In this document: one piece after another, positions 1 to 10,681 of the stretch
How the letters are laid out: every line of letters begins with the position of its first letter
How positions within the stretch are numbered: position 1 is the stretch's first letter
Source: Bacteroidota bacterium
GTDB taxonomy: Bacteria > Bacteroidota > Ignavibacteria > UBA10030 > SZUA-254
Direction of reading: 5' to 3'
Length of the DNA stretch: 64,000 nt
Assembly (NCBI GenBank): GCA_020056225.1
Contig: JAGVIE010000017.1
Span: 251-64,250, forward strand
The notes under the pieces: model-generated
What the model saw: the letters and a program-made list of their open reading frames with translations, nothing else
Told to the model about the DNA's origin: nothing
Database searches by the model: none
Position numbers and translations under genes: made by a program

Positions 1-1464
1 CGCATATCCAACAGTAGTAATTACGGTATGTACATTGAAAATTCTAATCCGAAAGTACGTTATAATTTAATAACCCAGAATGAAACTGGTATTTACTGCA
101 TAGGTTCTAATCCAACCATTAAATACGATTCGATAAGGGGCAATTCATCGTTCGGAATCTATAATGAAACTACGACAATCACTATTGATGCAATAAATAA
201 TTGGTGGGGGTATTGTAGTGGTCCTTATCATCCAGTTAACAATTCAGGTGGTCTGGGAGATAGAGTAAGTGATTATGTCAATTTTAATCCTTGGATTTCT
301 TCATCACCATCTTCTCCAAACCTAATATCACCCCCAAATGGTGCCTTAAATGTATCTATAAATCCAACATTAAATTGGGCTACATCGATATGTGCCTTAA
401 AATATCATTTAGAAGTTTCGATTGATTCATCTTTCACATCCATAGTATTTCGTGATACTAATCTTACAACAACAAGTATTCAAATAGGTCCGTTATTGTA
501 CAACTCAAAATATTACTGGCGGATACGAGCAAAGAATAATGAAGGCACGAGCAATTGGTCAGATATATGGTTTTTTAAAACTATTATCGCTCCCCCATCC
601 GTACCAATTCTTGTTTTACCGGTAAATGGAGCAATCAATCAACCAATCACACTGACATTGAAATGGAACACCTCTGTTGATGCAAGTTTATACCGACTAC
701 AGGTAGCGACAAACTCAGCATTCACGACAATAGTTTATGATGACTCAACAATAACGGACACATCAAATCAGGTTGGACCGTTATTTAATAACACGTTGTA
801 CTATTGGCGGGTAAATGCTAAAAATGTTGGAGGTACAAGCGCGTATTCTACATATCGCAATTTCACAACCATTGTGCAATTGCCAAGTCAAGTTTTACTT
901 TTGCTGCCGCTAAACGGAGCGACTGTCAATACTGATAGCGTAAACTGTGTTTGGCAAAAAGGAGTTCCCGCCATCACTGCATATTGGTACGAGAGGGCAA
1001 CGGATTCATTATTTACAATTAACCGGATGATTGATTCTTCATTGATAGATTCATCATACATCACTCACAACCTTGTTAACGGTCAGACATACTGGTGGAT
1101 GGTGAAGGCAAAGAATGCCGCAGGTTGGGGACCATTCAGTGAGAAACGCAAGTTTAATGCTATCATTGTTGCGGTTAACGATGAAAAAGGTCTACCGCTG
1201 AAGTTTAGCCTTGAGCAGAATTATCCTAACCCCTTCAATCCATCGTGTGTTATCCAATATGCACTGCCGGAAAGAAGCCAGGTAATTCTCAAGGTATATA
1301 GTCTGCTCGGTCAAGAGATTGCAACCTTGGTGAGCGAAGACCAGCCTGCAGGATATTACGAGAAGCAATTTGATGCGAATGGACTTCCAAGTGGGATATA
1401 CATTTATCGGATTGCAACATCGAGTGGGTTTATCGATATGAGAAAAATGTTGTTGCTGCGCTAA
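1..1464 (+). CDS. T9SS type-A CTD secreted protein with beta-helix-like N-terminal part and three FN3-like repeats (5'-truncated by the window)
   Basis: Frame is open from base 1 (RISNSSNYGM...). Three repeats of P.L..P.NGA...W...YYWR..AKN. C-terminal FSLEQNYPNPFNP...SGIYIYRI...KMLLLR CTD. Confidence 0.85.
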   Translation, partial: RISNSSNYGMYIENSNPKVRYNLITQNETGIYCIGSNPTIKYDSIRGNSSFGIYNETTTITIDAINNWWGYCSGPYHPVNNSGGLGDRVSDYVNFNPWISSSPSSPNLISPPNGALNVSINPTLNWATSICALKYHLEVSIDSSFTSIVFRDTNLTTTSIQIGPLLYNSKYYWRIRAKNNEGTSNWSDIWFFKTIIAPPSVPILVLPVNGAINQPITLTLKWNTSVDASLYRLQVATNSAFTTIVYDDSTITDTSNQVGPLFNNTLYYWRVNAKNVGGTSAYSTYRNFTTIVQLPSQVLLLLPLNGATVNTDSVNCVWQKGVPAITAYWYERATDSLFTINRMIDSSLIDSSYITHNLVNGQTYWWMVKAKNAAGWGPFSEKRKFNAIIVAVNDEKGLPLKFSLEQNYPNPFNPSCVIQYALPERSQVILKVYSLLGQEIATLVSEDQPAGYYEKQFDANGLPSGIYIYRIATSSGFIDMRKMLLLR

Positions 1465-1489
1465 AATTTATCTTCCCTACTAATTCAAC

Positions 1490-1526
1490 AAAAAGCCGGT
1501 TCTGTTATTACAGGATCGGCTTTTTT
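1490..1526. terminator. Bidirectional intrinsic terminator between convergent genes
   Basis: AAAAA-GCCGGTTCTGT-TATT-ACAGGATCGGC-TTTTTT. Confidence 0.8.
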
Positions 1527-1528
1527 AT

Positions 1529-2497
1529 TTAACTCATATCCATCATACGCTGAATCGGGATGCGCGCTCTTCTGATGAGGTCATCATCCATTATAATCTC
1601 AGGTGTAAGATTTTTCATGCAGAGATATAATTTATCCATCGTATTCAGTTTCATATACGGGCATTGATTGCATGCACAGCTTTCCTCTGGAGGCGCAGGA
1701 ATGAATATTTTATCAGGACAAGATTTTTCCATCTGGTGAATAATTCCGGTCTCAGTTGCAATGATGAATTCTCCTATCGAGGATTGTTGTACATAGCGTA
1801 ATAATGCACTTGTCGATCCGATGAAGTCCGCTTGATCGAGCACCACCTCTTCACATTCAGGATGAGCTATAATCGCGGCTTTCGGATAAAGAGATTTAAG
1901 GTGAATAAGTTTTTTTGCGCTGAATGTTTCGTGGACGATGCAAGTACCCTGCCATATCAGCATGTCTCTTCCGGTTTTCTTCTTCAAATAGTTGCCGAGG
2001 TTTCGATCCGGTGAAAATAGGATGGGTTTATCTTCAGGAATCTGACGAATAATTTTCTCTGCATTACTGGAAGTACAGATGATATCGCTTAATGCTTTTA
2101 CTTCGGCAGAGCAGTTGATATATGTTATTGCCAAATGCTCAGGATGTTGCTCGCGGAATTTCTTAAACAATGGCGCGGGGCACCCTTCAGCAAGCGAACA
2201 ACCGGCGTTCATATCTGGGATGAGTACCTTTTTTTGAGGACTCAATATCTTTGCAGTCTCAGCCATAAAATGTACGCCTGCGAAGACTATAACATTGGCA
2301 TCTGTTGAGGAAGCGCGACGCGACAACTCCAGACTATCTCCGACGAAATCCGCCATATCCTGGATCTCCGATTCTTGATAATAATGTGCAAGAAGGATTG
2401 CGTTTAATTCTTTTTTAAGACGGATTATCTCATCTTCGATATTTAACGGAATCTCCGTCGTTGATGCGTCAGCGATATTATTAAATTTACCTTGCAT
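1529..2497 (-). CDS. nadA: Quinolinate synthase A
   Basis: [46 protein letters not shown] and CPYMKLN motifs. Confidence 0.96.
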   Translation of the reverse strand: MQGKFNNIADASTTEIPLNIEDEIIRLKKELNAILLAHYYQESEIQDMADFVGDSLELSRRASSTDANVIVFAGVHFMAETAKILSPQKKVLIPDMNAGCSLAEGCPAPLFKKFREQHPEHLAITYINCSAEVKALSDIICTSSNAEKIIRQIPEDKPILFSPDRNLGNYLKKKTGRDMLIWQGTCIVHETFSAKKLIHLKSLYPKAAIIAHPECEEVVLDQADFIGSTSALLRYVQQSSIGEFIIATETGIIHQMEKSCPDKIFIPAPPEESCACNQCPYMKLNTMDKLYLCMKNLTPEIIMDDDLIRRARIPIQRMMDMS

Positions 2498-2589
2498 GTT
2501 ATTTACAAGATACTGAACAGAATCTGAAGAATCAATTTGTAAAATTCATTCATCGGTTCATGAAAGTAAAATAAAAATAGTACAAGAAG

Positions 2590-2787
2590 TTATGGATTCT
2601 TTTCCGGGGCAGATATTTCTGAGTTGTCATTCTTAGGTGTGATATCCTCGAAATCTGCTTCTTCGATGTGAGAAAATCCTTGAATGTCACTTTCTTTATT
2701 CTTGGCGCGCTGTGATATGGTAAGCAATGTTTTGATAACCCTATAAGCAAAATAAATAATTATAAGCCAAAGTATATAACGCAGCAT
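2590..2787 (-). CDS. Small single-pass membrane protein with acidic tail (IEEADFEDI)
   Basis: N-terminal hydrophobic helix; lies in the same orientation directly downstream of the kinase gene. Confidence 0.6.
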   Translation of the reverse strand: MLRYILWLIIIYFAYRVIKTLLTISQRAKNKESDIQGFSHIEEADFEDITPKNDNSEISAPEKNP

Positions 2788-2800
2788 TTATATTATCCTA

Positions 2801-3487
2801 TTATTTTAAACTTGCGGGATTATAGTACTCGACAGGCGCCTTGTTGGGTCTGAATATTTCCATCAATAGATCGTCAAATTCCGTTTTGTTGTGTACAAAA
2901 TCGATCTGAGAGGCATTGACTATAAGAAGCGGAGCCGATTTGTAACGGAAGAAGAAATAATTATATGCTTCGTTCAGATCTCGAATGTATTGCTCAGACA
3001 TATTTCTTTCGATCTCTCTTCCACGCTTACGTATATTCTCCATCAGACGATTGACATTGCATTGAAGATATACGACAATATCCGGGGTTGGCACAGAGTG
3101 CTCAATAGTATTGAGAACGCTCTCATAAAGCTTGAGTTCATCGTCTTCGAGGTTCAAGTACGCGAATATTTTATCTTTCTCAAAAATATAATCTGTTACC
3201 AGGAACCTATGAAAGAGATCGGCTTGGATTAAATCTTGTTGTTGTTTGTATCTGTTCAACAAGAAGAATATTTGAGTTTGAAAAGCATACCGGTCAGTAT
3301 CTTCATAAAATTTCGGTAAAAATGGATTTTCTTCGAATTTCTCGAAAACAATTTTTGCCGATAGTTTTTCGCCGAGCAGTTTTGTCAGACTTGTTTTTCC
3401 CGCCCCTATTACGCCTTCGATTGCGATATGACGGAGTTCGGACTGTTCGATTAGAGAGTCAAGTGATTGACGCACAGTATAATCCAT
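2801..3487 (-). CDS. Deoxynucleoside kinase (dAK/dGK family)
   Basis: IAIEGVIGAGKTSL P-loop, ENPFL..FY, FQTQIFFL, RGR..E; folB-folK-dNK synteny. Confidence 0.92.
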   Translation of the reverse strand: MDYTVRQSLDSLIEQSELRHIAIEGVIGAGKTSLTKLLGEKLSAKIVFEKFEENPFLPKFYEDTDRYAFQTQIFFLLNRYKQQQDLIQADLFHRFLVTDYIFEKDKIFAYLNLEDDELKLYESVLNTIEHSVPTPDIVVYLQCNVNRLMENIRKRGREIERNMSEQYIRDLNEAYNYFFFRYKSAPLLIVNASQIDFVHNKTEFDDLLMEIFRPNKAPVEYYNPASLK

Positions 3488-3993
3488 TAATTAATAGTTG
3501 AATAATTTATCTGATATTCTGTTCGAGTAACCTTGTGAGTATCATGACAGTTTCTTAATAAGGTTGCAATAGTTTTCTCTAAAGTAGGATGAACGGCGGC
3601 CGGCGCGATTTCAGCTAAGGGTTCCAGCACGAATCGTCTGTATTCCATCCTCGGATGCGGCACGCAAACATAACTATCTTCATAGGCAACTCCGCGGTAC
3701 ATCAGTATGTCCAAATCGATTATCCTTGGCTCGCCGTGCGATGGTAATTTTCTTCCCATCTTTTTTTCTATTTTTTTTAACATCGTCAATAGTAATGGAG
3801 CATCATGGGGTGTTTCAATCGCGATGACCATATTAAAATATGTTGTCTCGCTCACCGTATCGACCGATTCAGTTTCATAGACAGATGAAATCGCAGGTAT
3901 GTTTGCTATGGAACGAATCTCATCGACCGCCCGTGAGAGGTTATCCAGTCGATCACCACGATTTGAGCCTATTCCTATAAATACTTGATACAT
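3487..3993 (-). CDS. folK: 2-amino-4-hydroxy-6-hydroxymethyldihydropteridine diphosphokinase
   Basis: IGIGSN.GDR, SSVYET, PRIIDLDIL, VPHPRM..RRFVL.PL. Confidence 0.95.
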   Translation of the reverse strand: MYQVFIGIGSNRGDRLDNLSRAVDEIRSIANIPAISSVYETESVDTVSETTYFNMVIAIETPHDAPLLLTMLKKIEKKMGRKLPSHGEPRIIDLDILMYRGVAYEDSYVCVPHPRMEYRRFVLEPLAEIAPAAVHPTLEKTIATLLRNCHDTHKVTRTEYQINYSTIN

Positions 3994-3996
3994 ACT

Positions 3997-4368
3997 CTAC
4001 CTGCTTGGCTCCGTTATTTCAACTTCTACAAAATCAACTACACCCTTTACCGGTGGATGCGGTTTTCGCACCGTTACAGTAATAATATCGATAGCCGCAA
4101 ACTTGCTTTTTAATTCTTTCGCTATCGTTCTCGCAAGAGTTTCTAACAGATAGTATTTCTTCTGAGTAACCGTTTTCTGAATTATCGTATATACAGCTTC
4201 GTAATCTATAGTATTTTTTAGATTATCAGTCTCGGTAGCAGGAATAAAATCTCCCCGGATTTCGACATCGACCTCGAATTTTCCGCCAAGATTTTGCTCA
4301 TCACTGGCAACGCCGTGATAAGCGTAAAATGATGCATTCTTTATTCTGATTATATCCTGCTGTGACAT
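3997..4368 (-). CDS. folB: Dihydroneopterin aldolase
   Basis: FYAYHGV...E...G, TIDY, LLETLA, KPHPP. Confidence 0.95.
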   Translation of the reverse strand: MSQQDIIRIKNASFYAYHGVASDEQNLGGKFEVDVEIRGDFIPATETDNLKNTIDYEAVYTIIQKTVTQKKYYLLETLARTIAKELKSKFAAIDIITVTVRKPHPPVKGVVDFVEVEITEPSR

Positions 4369-4388
4369 GTTTTTTCGGAACTTTGCAA

Positions 4389-4417
4389 AATATATGGCTT
4401 TCTAAGATGATAGTCAA
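4389..4417 (-). promoter_or_regulatory. Sigma70-type promoter for folB operon
   Basis: Minus strand TTGACT-17 bp-TATATT. Confidence 0.6.
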
Positions 4418-4454
4418 GAGTATTATTATTTAAATTCTCTCTCCTCATCTGGAT

Positions 4455-6158
4455 TTAGGATTTCTCAATTTTCGCCCATGTATCACGAAGTGATACAGTC
4501 CTGTTGAATATAGGTCTCTCAATAGAAGAATCATAGTCGACACAAAAATAACCGAGCCGCTCAAACTGATAGCGATTCTCCGGTTTTGCTCCAGCTAGAT
4601 TTATTTCCAATCGACAGTTGTTTAATATTTCAAGCGAGTTTTTGTTGAGAGAATTTTTCCAGTCATCACCGCCGGGATCTTCAACTGAAAAAAGCCTGTC
4701 GTATAATCTAACTTCAGCGTTAAGAGCTTGATTAACCGATACCCAGTGAATTGTTCCTTTGACTTTTCGCTGACTTTGTGACGAACCGCTCTTCGTTTCA
4801 GGATCGTATGTACAATGAACCTCCACAATTTCGCCTGTCTTGTCATCCTTAACTACCTTCACACATTTAATAATGTATGCGTATCGTAATCTGACTTCAT
4901 TTCCGGGCGAAAGACGGAAATATTTGTTCGGCGGAACTTCACGGAAGTCATCCTGCTCGATATATATTTCTCTTGAGAAAGGAATCTTCCGGGATCCCAT
5001 TGCCGGGTCTTCCGGATTATTAACGGCATCGAGTTCTTCTACGGTATCGGGATAATTATCGATTATTACTTTTAGAGGACGCAATACTGCCATAACACGC
5101 ATGGCTCGTTTGTTCAGGTCGTTACGCAGACTATCTTCAAGAAGAGCAACATCGATCATGTTTTCCCTTTTAGCCACTCCTATCCGATCTGCAAAATGCA
5201 GGAGTGATTCAGGAGTGTAGCCTCTACGTCTCAATCCGGTAATTGTCGGCATGCGGGGATCGTTCCAACCTGTAACATGTCCTTCTTCAACAAGCTGTAA
5301 GAGTCTTCGCTTACTCATCACGGTGTAGCTTAAATTCAATCTGGCAAATTCAATTTGCTGAGGATGATGAATCCCGAGTTGTTCAATGAACCAATCATAA
5401 AGCGGACGGTGATCTTCAAATTCAAGTGTGCATATCGAGTGTGTAATCCCTTCGATAGAATCTGATTGACCATGAGCCCAATCGTACATCGGATAGATGC
5501 ACCAGTTATCGCCTGTACGATGATGAGTTGCACGCAGTATACGATACATGATTGGATCTCGCATGTTAACATTGGGCGATGTCATATCTATCTTAGCCCG
5601 GAGAGTGCGCAAACCGTCGGGGAATTCACCGTTACGCATACGAGTAAATAAATCCAGATTCTCTTCAACTATTCGGTTTCTGTAAGGGCTTTCCTTGCCA
5701 GGTTGTGTAAGTGTACCTCTGTATTCTCTTATCTCCTCACCTGTCAGATCGCAGACGTATGCTTTTCCTTTTTTGATTAATGATATGGCATAATCGTAAA
5801 GTTGCTGAAAATAATCGGATGCATAGTATTCCCGATCCTGCCACTCGAAACCAAGCCACCTTACATCTTCTTTTATCGATTCAACATATTCAAGTTCTTC
5901 TTTGCTCGGATTAGTATCGTCGAATCTTAAATTGCATAATCCGTAGTAGTCACGTGCGATACCGAAATTTAAACATATCGATTTAGCATGACCGATATGC
6001 AGATAACCATTCGGCTCAGGAGGAAATCGCGTATGAACTCTCCCGCTGTTTTTGTTCATCTTTAAATCTTCATCAATAATCTCCCTGATAAAGTTTACCG
6101 GCTTCGGTCCATCGATATTTTTTTCGTCCAACTGTCTATCAGTGCCGTTCGTACTCAT
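4455..6158 (-). CDS. glnS: Glutamine--tRNA ligase
   Basis: [40 protein letters not shown]. Confidence 0.97.
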   Translation of the reverse strand: MSTNGTDRQLDEKNIDGPKPVNFIREIIDEDLKMNKNSGRVHTRFPPEPNGYLHIGHAKSICLNFGIARDYYGLCNLRFDDTNPSKEELEYVESIKEDVRWLGFEWQDREYYASDYFQQLYDYAISLIKKGKAYVCDLTGEEIREYRGTLTQPGKESPYRNRIVEENLDLFTRMRNGEFPDGLRTLRAKIDMTSPNVNMRDPIMYRILRATHHRTGDNWCIYPMYDWAHGQSDSIEGITHSICTLEFEDHRPLYDWFIEQLGIHHPQQIEFARLNLSYTVMSKRRLLQLVEEGHVTGWNDPRMPTITGLRRRGYTPESLLHFADRIGVAKRENMIDVALLEDSLRNDLNKRAMRVMAVLRPLKVIIDNYPDTVEELDAVNNPEDPAMGSRKIPFSREIYIEQDDFREVPPNKYFRLSPGNEVRLRYAYIIKCVKVVKDDKTGEIVEVHCTYDPETKSGSSQSQRKVKGTIHWVSVNQALNAEVRLYDRLFSVEDPGGDDWKNSLNKNSLEILNNCRLEINLAGAKPENRYQFERLGYFCVDYDSSIERPIFNRTVSLRDTWAKIEKS

Positions 6159-7615
6159 TATTTGATTCTTTCAATCGCAGTGTAAATTCTTTTTATGCTT
6201 TCTTCTTTGCCTAATATAAATAAAATATCATATAAACCCGGACCTCCACCCACACCTGAGAGAGCTAGCCTTAGTGAGTGAATAAGTTTACCGTTTCCTA
6301 CTCCACATGTCTCTGCCGCTTTGTGTAATGCTTTCTCATAATCGTCCTTTGAGGGAGTATTCAATCGTGAATATTCTTCAGCCAGAGTTCTCAAATAATT
6401 GGGTGTATCTTCCTCCCATCTTTTCTTGATAACTTCCTGATCGTACGACTCAGGTGGTTCAAAAAAGTATGGACTGTTTTCGATTATGTCTTTCACAAAA
6501 GAGATACGCGGACGCATCGCCTCGATGATTAGAAGTAATGTATCATCCGCAAGCGAATGATTTGAATATTTAGATTTGGTAAGGAGGTCTTTAAGAATAC
6601 GCAGTACTTCCCTATCGTCTTTCTTTCTTAGATGCTCGAAATTGAACGCGTTCAACTTCTCGATGTTGAACACTGCTCCCGCCTTATTAACAGCATCGAT
6701 TGAAAATAGTTCAACTAATTCATCGAGTGAAAATATTTCCTGTTCAATACCAGGATTCCAGCCAAGGAGTGCTACAAAATTCACAAGCGATTCAGACAAG
6801 TATCCTTTTGAACGGTAATCTTCAACGGCAACATCACCTTGCCGCTTGCTCAGTTTAGATTTATCGGGATTAAGGAGTAAGGGCAAATGCGCGAAGACCG
6901 GCTTCTCCCAACCGAATGCATCATAAAGCAAAACATGTTTCGGTGTGGATGGGAGCCATTCTTCACCCCGGATAACATGACTGATTTTCATCAGATGATC
7001 GTCGATGACATTGGCTAAATGATATGTCGGGTAACCGTCGCCTTTTAACAGTACCTGATCATCGAGCAGATTACTGTCGAATTCTACTTTGCCGCGAATG
7101 ATATCTTCGACTATAACTTTCTTGTCGATTTCGATATTCAATCGTACAACATGCGGCAGATTGTTCTTTAGCTTTTCCTCAATCTCGTTTTGCGTAAGAT
7201 GCAGACAAAGCTTATCGTACTTGGTCTGTTGATTGACCTTTTGTTGTGAGTCGCGAAGTTCAGTGATTCTTTCCGGAGTGCAGAAGCAATAGTATGCTTT
7301 TTTCAGCTCAATTAGAATTTGTATATGCTTTTTATAAATCTCCAACCGTTCCGATTGAATGTAAGATCCGTAATTTCCACCCAATTGGGGACCTTCGTCA
7401 TAATCTAACCCGCACCATTTCAACGTGACGATTAGATTTTCAACTGCTCCTTCCACATAGCGGGCGCGGTCGGTATCTTCTATCCGAAGAACAAAAACAC
7501 CACCGTTCTTTCTTGCAAAAAGATAATTGTACAATGCAGTCCGCAAGCCGCCGACATGGAGATAGCCGGTAGGGCTTGGAGCAAAACGAACTCGTATTTG
7601 ATTAAGATAACTCAT
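6158..7615 (-). CDS. gltX: Glutamate--tRNA ligase
   Basis: [28 protein letters not shown]; stop overlaps glnS start by 1 nt. Confidence 0.97.
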   Translation of the reverse strand: MSYLNQIRVRFAPSPTGYLHVGGLRTALYNYLFARKNGGVFVLRIEDTDRARYVEGAVENLIVTLKWCGLDYDEGPQLGGNYGSYIQSERLEIYKKHIQILIELKKAYYCFCTPERITELRDSQQKVNQQTKYDKLCLHLTQNEIEEKLKNNLPHVVRLNIEIDKKVIVEDIIRGKVEFDSNLLDDQVLLKGDGYPTYHLANVIDDHLMKISHVIRGEEWLPSTPKHVLLYDAFGWEKPVFAHLPLLLNPDKSKLSKRQGDVAVEDYRSKGYLSESLVNFVALLGWNPGIEQEIFSLDELVELFSIDAVNKAGAVFNIEKLNAFNFEHLRKKDDREVLRILKDLLTKSKYSNHSLADDTLLLIIEAMRPRISFVKDIIENSPYFFEPPESYDQEVIKKRWEEDTPNYLRTLAEEYSRLNTPSKDDYEKALHKAAETCGVGNGKLIHSLRLALSGVGGGPGLYDILFILGKEESIKRIYTAIERIK

Positions 7616-7620
7616 AGAAT

Positions 7621-7645
7621 AAAAAAAATCCCCGTTTGTGGGGAT
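7621..7645 (-). terminator. Terminator-like hairpin after tRNA-Ser, immediately upstream of gltX
   Basis: Minus strand ATCCCC-ACAAAC-GGGGAT followed by a T run. Confidence 0.55.
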
Positions 7646-7672
7646 GAAGCGAGATGAATAAATTCATTAAAG

Positions 7673-7762
7673 CGGAGAGGGAGAGATTTGAACTCTCGGT
7701 ACAAGTTGACCCCGTACGGCGGTTTAGCAAACCGCTGGTTTAAGCCACTCACCCACCTCTCC
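7673..7762 (-). tRNA. tRNA-Ser(GCT)
   Basis: GGAGAGG acceptor, anticodon arm GCGGT-TTGCTAA-ACCGC, long variable arm, T-arm GAGAG-TTCAAAT-CTCTC; CCA not encoded. Upstream TTGCAA-17-TACATT promoter at 7792-7820. Confidence 0.95.
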
Positions 7763-7846
7763 GTGGATGTAACTTATAAAAAATCTTTTTTAATGTACTA
7801 ATTTATCAATTGAGTTGCAAGACTCTTGCTAATTTAGCAATTAATA

Positions 7847-8371
7847 TTAGTCTTCAATTTCTTCTCGAAACTCAAGCTCAGGCGTGAATATCCTGAATTT
7901 ACGTGTCCAGTGTTCTCTTCGATTCGTAGTCAGCGTGATCCGCAGTGAATCGTATTTCCAATCGGTTGCCATTGTGTCTTTTAAGGGATAACCGTATTTT
8001 TGTCTGACATTTTTCTCAAGATTGTTGAATTCGAAATCGAGGAGTTGTGAATAATAGACATGGAATACTTTCAGCTTATCATCCCGAAAAATTAACTTAA
8101 TTCTATCTATGCTGCGTAAATTGCCGGTTCTTTGTTGAGCTGGCAATATCCATAAACAAGTATCGCTGTTACTGTTAACCGGCGAGCATTTTAGAGCTGG
8201 GATGATCGCAAGTGCCTGGTCTTTGCTAAGGTATAGACGGATTCCGTTGAAATTGATTTCATGCGGCGGAATATTCCTGTGACCGGATGAACATCCAGCT
8301 ACAAATAATAAGAATAAACTTCCAGCCACTATAAACAAAATATAACTAACCCGCAATCCTGCCATTATCAA
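7847..8371 (-). CDS. Hypothetical lipoprotein
   Basis: Hydrophobic N-terminus with lipobox VAGC; abuts the upstream gene. Confidence 0.65.
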   Translation of the reverse strand: MIMAGLRVSYILFIVAGSLFLLFVAGCSSGHRNIPPHEINFNGIRLYLSKDQALAIIPALKCSPVNSNSDTCLWILPAQQRTGNLRSIDRIKLIFRDDKLKVFHVYYSQLLDFEFNNLEKNVRQKYGYPLKDTMATDWKYDSLRITLTTNRREHWTRKFRIFTPELEFREEIED

Positions 8372-9466
8372 TTAGTTCCCCGCTTTTTGTTTCGCTTCCT
8401 TGAATCGTTGTAGTTGCTTCCAATATTCATCGTTGGTCGGATCTTTAGTTACAAGCTCCGCCTCTATCGCAACAGCTTCGGTATAATGCTTCAGCCGAAA
8501 AAAACATTCCGCCATTGTATCCAGATAAGATAACTGACCGGGAGCCAGCCTGACTGCGCGTTTGGCAAGTTCCAATGCCCGCTCGTAATCGATTTCATTT
8601 GTGGCGAGGATCCATGCGATGTTGTTCAATAAAGCAGGATCGTCGGGTTTCAGGCGCAATTGAATATTAAGCTCCTCCGTCAATCTTTTTTTCTCTTCAT
8701 CTGCCCGAATGAATTTCTTTTTCCTGTTCAATTCAGCGATCATCCTCAGACGGGCATCGAACAAAAATGTTTCCTTCCATAGGTTGTATATTCTTCGCAG
8801 TTCTACGAGTGGCAAAGAATCGTCATCGACACGGATATCGACCATCTTGTCATTGAATCCTCCATAACCGCCTTTATCCTGCACAACGAGAAGCGCGGCG
8901 GATTGTCTGCCCCGTTTATCTCCGCCTGCTTTTTCTCCTGCATCAAGAGCGTTTAGCAACCGATCGGCAAGATCGCCGGGGGAATTTTCAAATGTTCTTG
9001 CCATTGCTACAATAACTTCTCTTCCGGCAAGAATATTGCCTTGCACTGTGTAAGTGTAGCCGTAAAGATGTCCCGCGTAATTATTACAACCCGGACCTGT
9101 GAAAGCGAAAGAGTTTCCGTGCGCATCGATAACTCCTAATTGTCTGTATTCTGCACTTGTATCCTCTCGTATCAGTTGTTCTACGGTTTGTTGTGCAGTC
9201 TCGCCGCTTTCAAGAAGTTCCAATCCTCTGGGTCCGAATGTAGTATTGGCAAAAGCTTGTGTAGCAATCGCGCCAACGCCTGCTTTTGCATAAGGAACGA
9301 CCGCCCCAACGCCAAGAAATTTGGATTGTACGGCTACACCTAAATCACCCGTGGATGAATCCCATGCTACTATGGAATATGTTGCAACAACCGATGACGT
9401 TTCCTTCGGCTGAGCAATTAGAAGTAGCTGGCAAAAGAATATTAGTGATAAGATTGATTTAATCAT
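8372..9466 (-). CDS. DUF1028 (Ntn-hydrolase-like) protein with signal peptide and C-terminal TPR
   Basis: TYSIVAWD...GVAVQSKF..VG..VP, GAIATQ, RQLG, QGNIL, GGDKRGRQSAALLV; TPR LNNIAWILA...YLDTMA. Confidence 0.88.
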   Translation of the reverse strand: MIKSILSLIFFCQLLLIAQPKETSSVVATYSIVAWDSSTGDLGVAVQSKFLGVGAVVPYAKAGVGAIATQAFANTTFGPRGLELLESGETAQQTVEQLIREDTSAEYRQLGVIDAHGNSFAFTGPGCNNYAGHLYGYTYTVQGNILAGREVIVAMARTFENSPGDLADRLLNALDAGEKAGGDKRGRQSAALLVVQDKGGYGGFNDKMVDIRVDDDSLPLVELRRIYNLWKETFLFDARLRMIAELNRKKKFIRADEEKKRLTEELNIQLRLKPDDPALLNNIAWILATNEIDYERALELAKRAVRLAPGQLSYLDTMAECFFRLKHYTEAVAIEAELVTKDPTNDEYWKQLQRFKEAKQKAGN

Positions 9467-9576
9467 CGAAGTTCAATCAATATTAATAGAATATTTTCCT
9501 GTTATGGAAAGGAATTATCTTCAATAAAATAAAAAAAGATTTTGATGACTTAGATGAATCTTTACATTTAAGATAA

Positions 9577-10674
9577 TTATTTATCGGTAGAGAGCCGGAA
9601 TCGCCGGATCATATCGTTGCCGCTGTCGGCGATATACAATGTCTTGACTTTGAATGCAACACCTTTCGGATTTTTCAAAGGCGGTCTATCTAATAACTTC
9701 AAGGCAGCCGCTCCGAAAGATTCGGATTTGAAATTCCCTCTCCGATCGAATTTTACCAATGAATCCAGTTTGCTATCTATGATAAATATGTCTGCATACG
9801 ATCCACCAATTACCGGCGCTGACGGTTCGACAAAGCGGTTCGGCTTAATGAAATCGCGATACTTTTCTTCCGGTTTAGTTGGATTGAACTTCGGATTCCA
9901 CCCTTCATCGGGGAGTTTCGTATAGACCATCCACAGCGCACAGTACGGCATAGTACCATTAACTGAGCTTTGAGTTAACACAAAATCGTTGCTGTTCGGG
10001 AACATTGCAATGCCAGTCGGTCTGAGGATATCCGTTATCCCGGATCCGGCACGGGTCGTCAGATCACTTAGGGTCGTGATTTTATTGTCGTTCTTATCGA
10101 ACCAAATCACTTTACTATCCGGATCTATAAAGCTTGAATTATCAGGACCGTCGCACGCTACAAAATATTGGTTCTCAAGCAATACGCCAATACCGGTGAA
10201 TCTCCTGTTAGGTTTTGACGGCTCAATCCATACTGTTTCAATCTGTGCCTGAGCGAGATGATGTGCCGCCTCATAGAGATGTATCCTAAATATAGCGCCT
10301 ATCGTATCGCCTGAAGCGGGATAATATATTTCCCCCGATACTAAAAGATCGAGCCGAAGATCCTGCGCTATAGCTATGGGTTGTAAAATCTCACGAGTTT
10401 CCAGAATGATCCCGGCTTCATTCATCTGGACAAGTCTATTGTTATTCTTATCGGCTATGTAAAGCAGTTGATCGTTGCCTGCGAGAATTGCGGTAGGATT
10501 ATTAAAGCCAGTAAATGAGGGCGTGATTTCAACGTATGAAGTATCGTTTACGCTGTTGTACGAAACACTAACCAATTTATTTATCGGATATTTCTCGTCT
10601 CCGGTACATCCGGTAATCAATAAAAGAAAAATTAGAATTGATATTATCGTTATATATGACTGCTTGATCTTCAT
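9577..10674 (-). CDS. NHL-repeat beta-propeller lipoprotein
   Basis: Lipobox ITGC; NHL-like FNNPTAI...LYIADKNNNRL and LKNPKGVA...LYIADSGNDMIRRF. Confidence 0.75.
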   Translation of the reverse strand: MKIKQSYITIISILIFLLLITGCTGDEKYPINKLVSVSYNSVNDTSYVEITPSFTGFNNPTAILAGNDQLLYIADKNNNRLVQMNEAGIILETREILQPIAIAQDLRLDLLVSGEIYYPASGDTIGAIFRIHLYEAAHHLAQAQIETVWIEPSKPNRRFTGIGVLLENQYFVACDGPDNSSFIDPDSKVIWFDKNDNKITTLSDLTTRAGSGITDILRPTGIAMFPNSNDFVLTQSSVNGTMPYCALWMVYTKLPDEGWNPKFNPTKPEEKYRDFIKPNRFVEPSAPVIGGSYADIFIIDSKLDSLVKFDRRGNFKSESFGAAALKLLDRPPLKNPKGVAFKVKTLYIADSGNDMIRRFRLSTDK

Positions 10675-10681
10675 AAATCAT

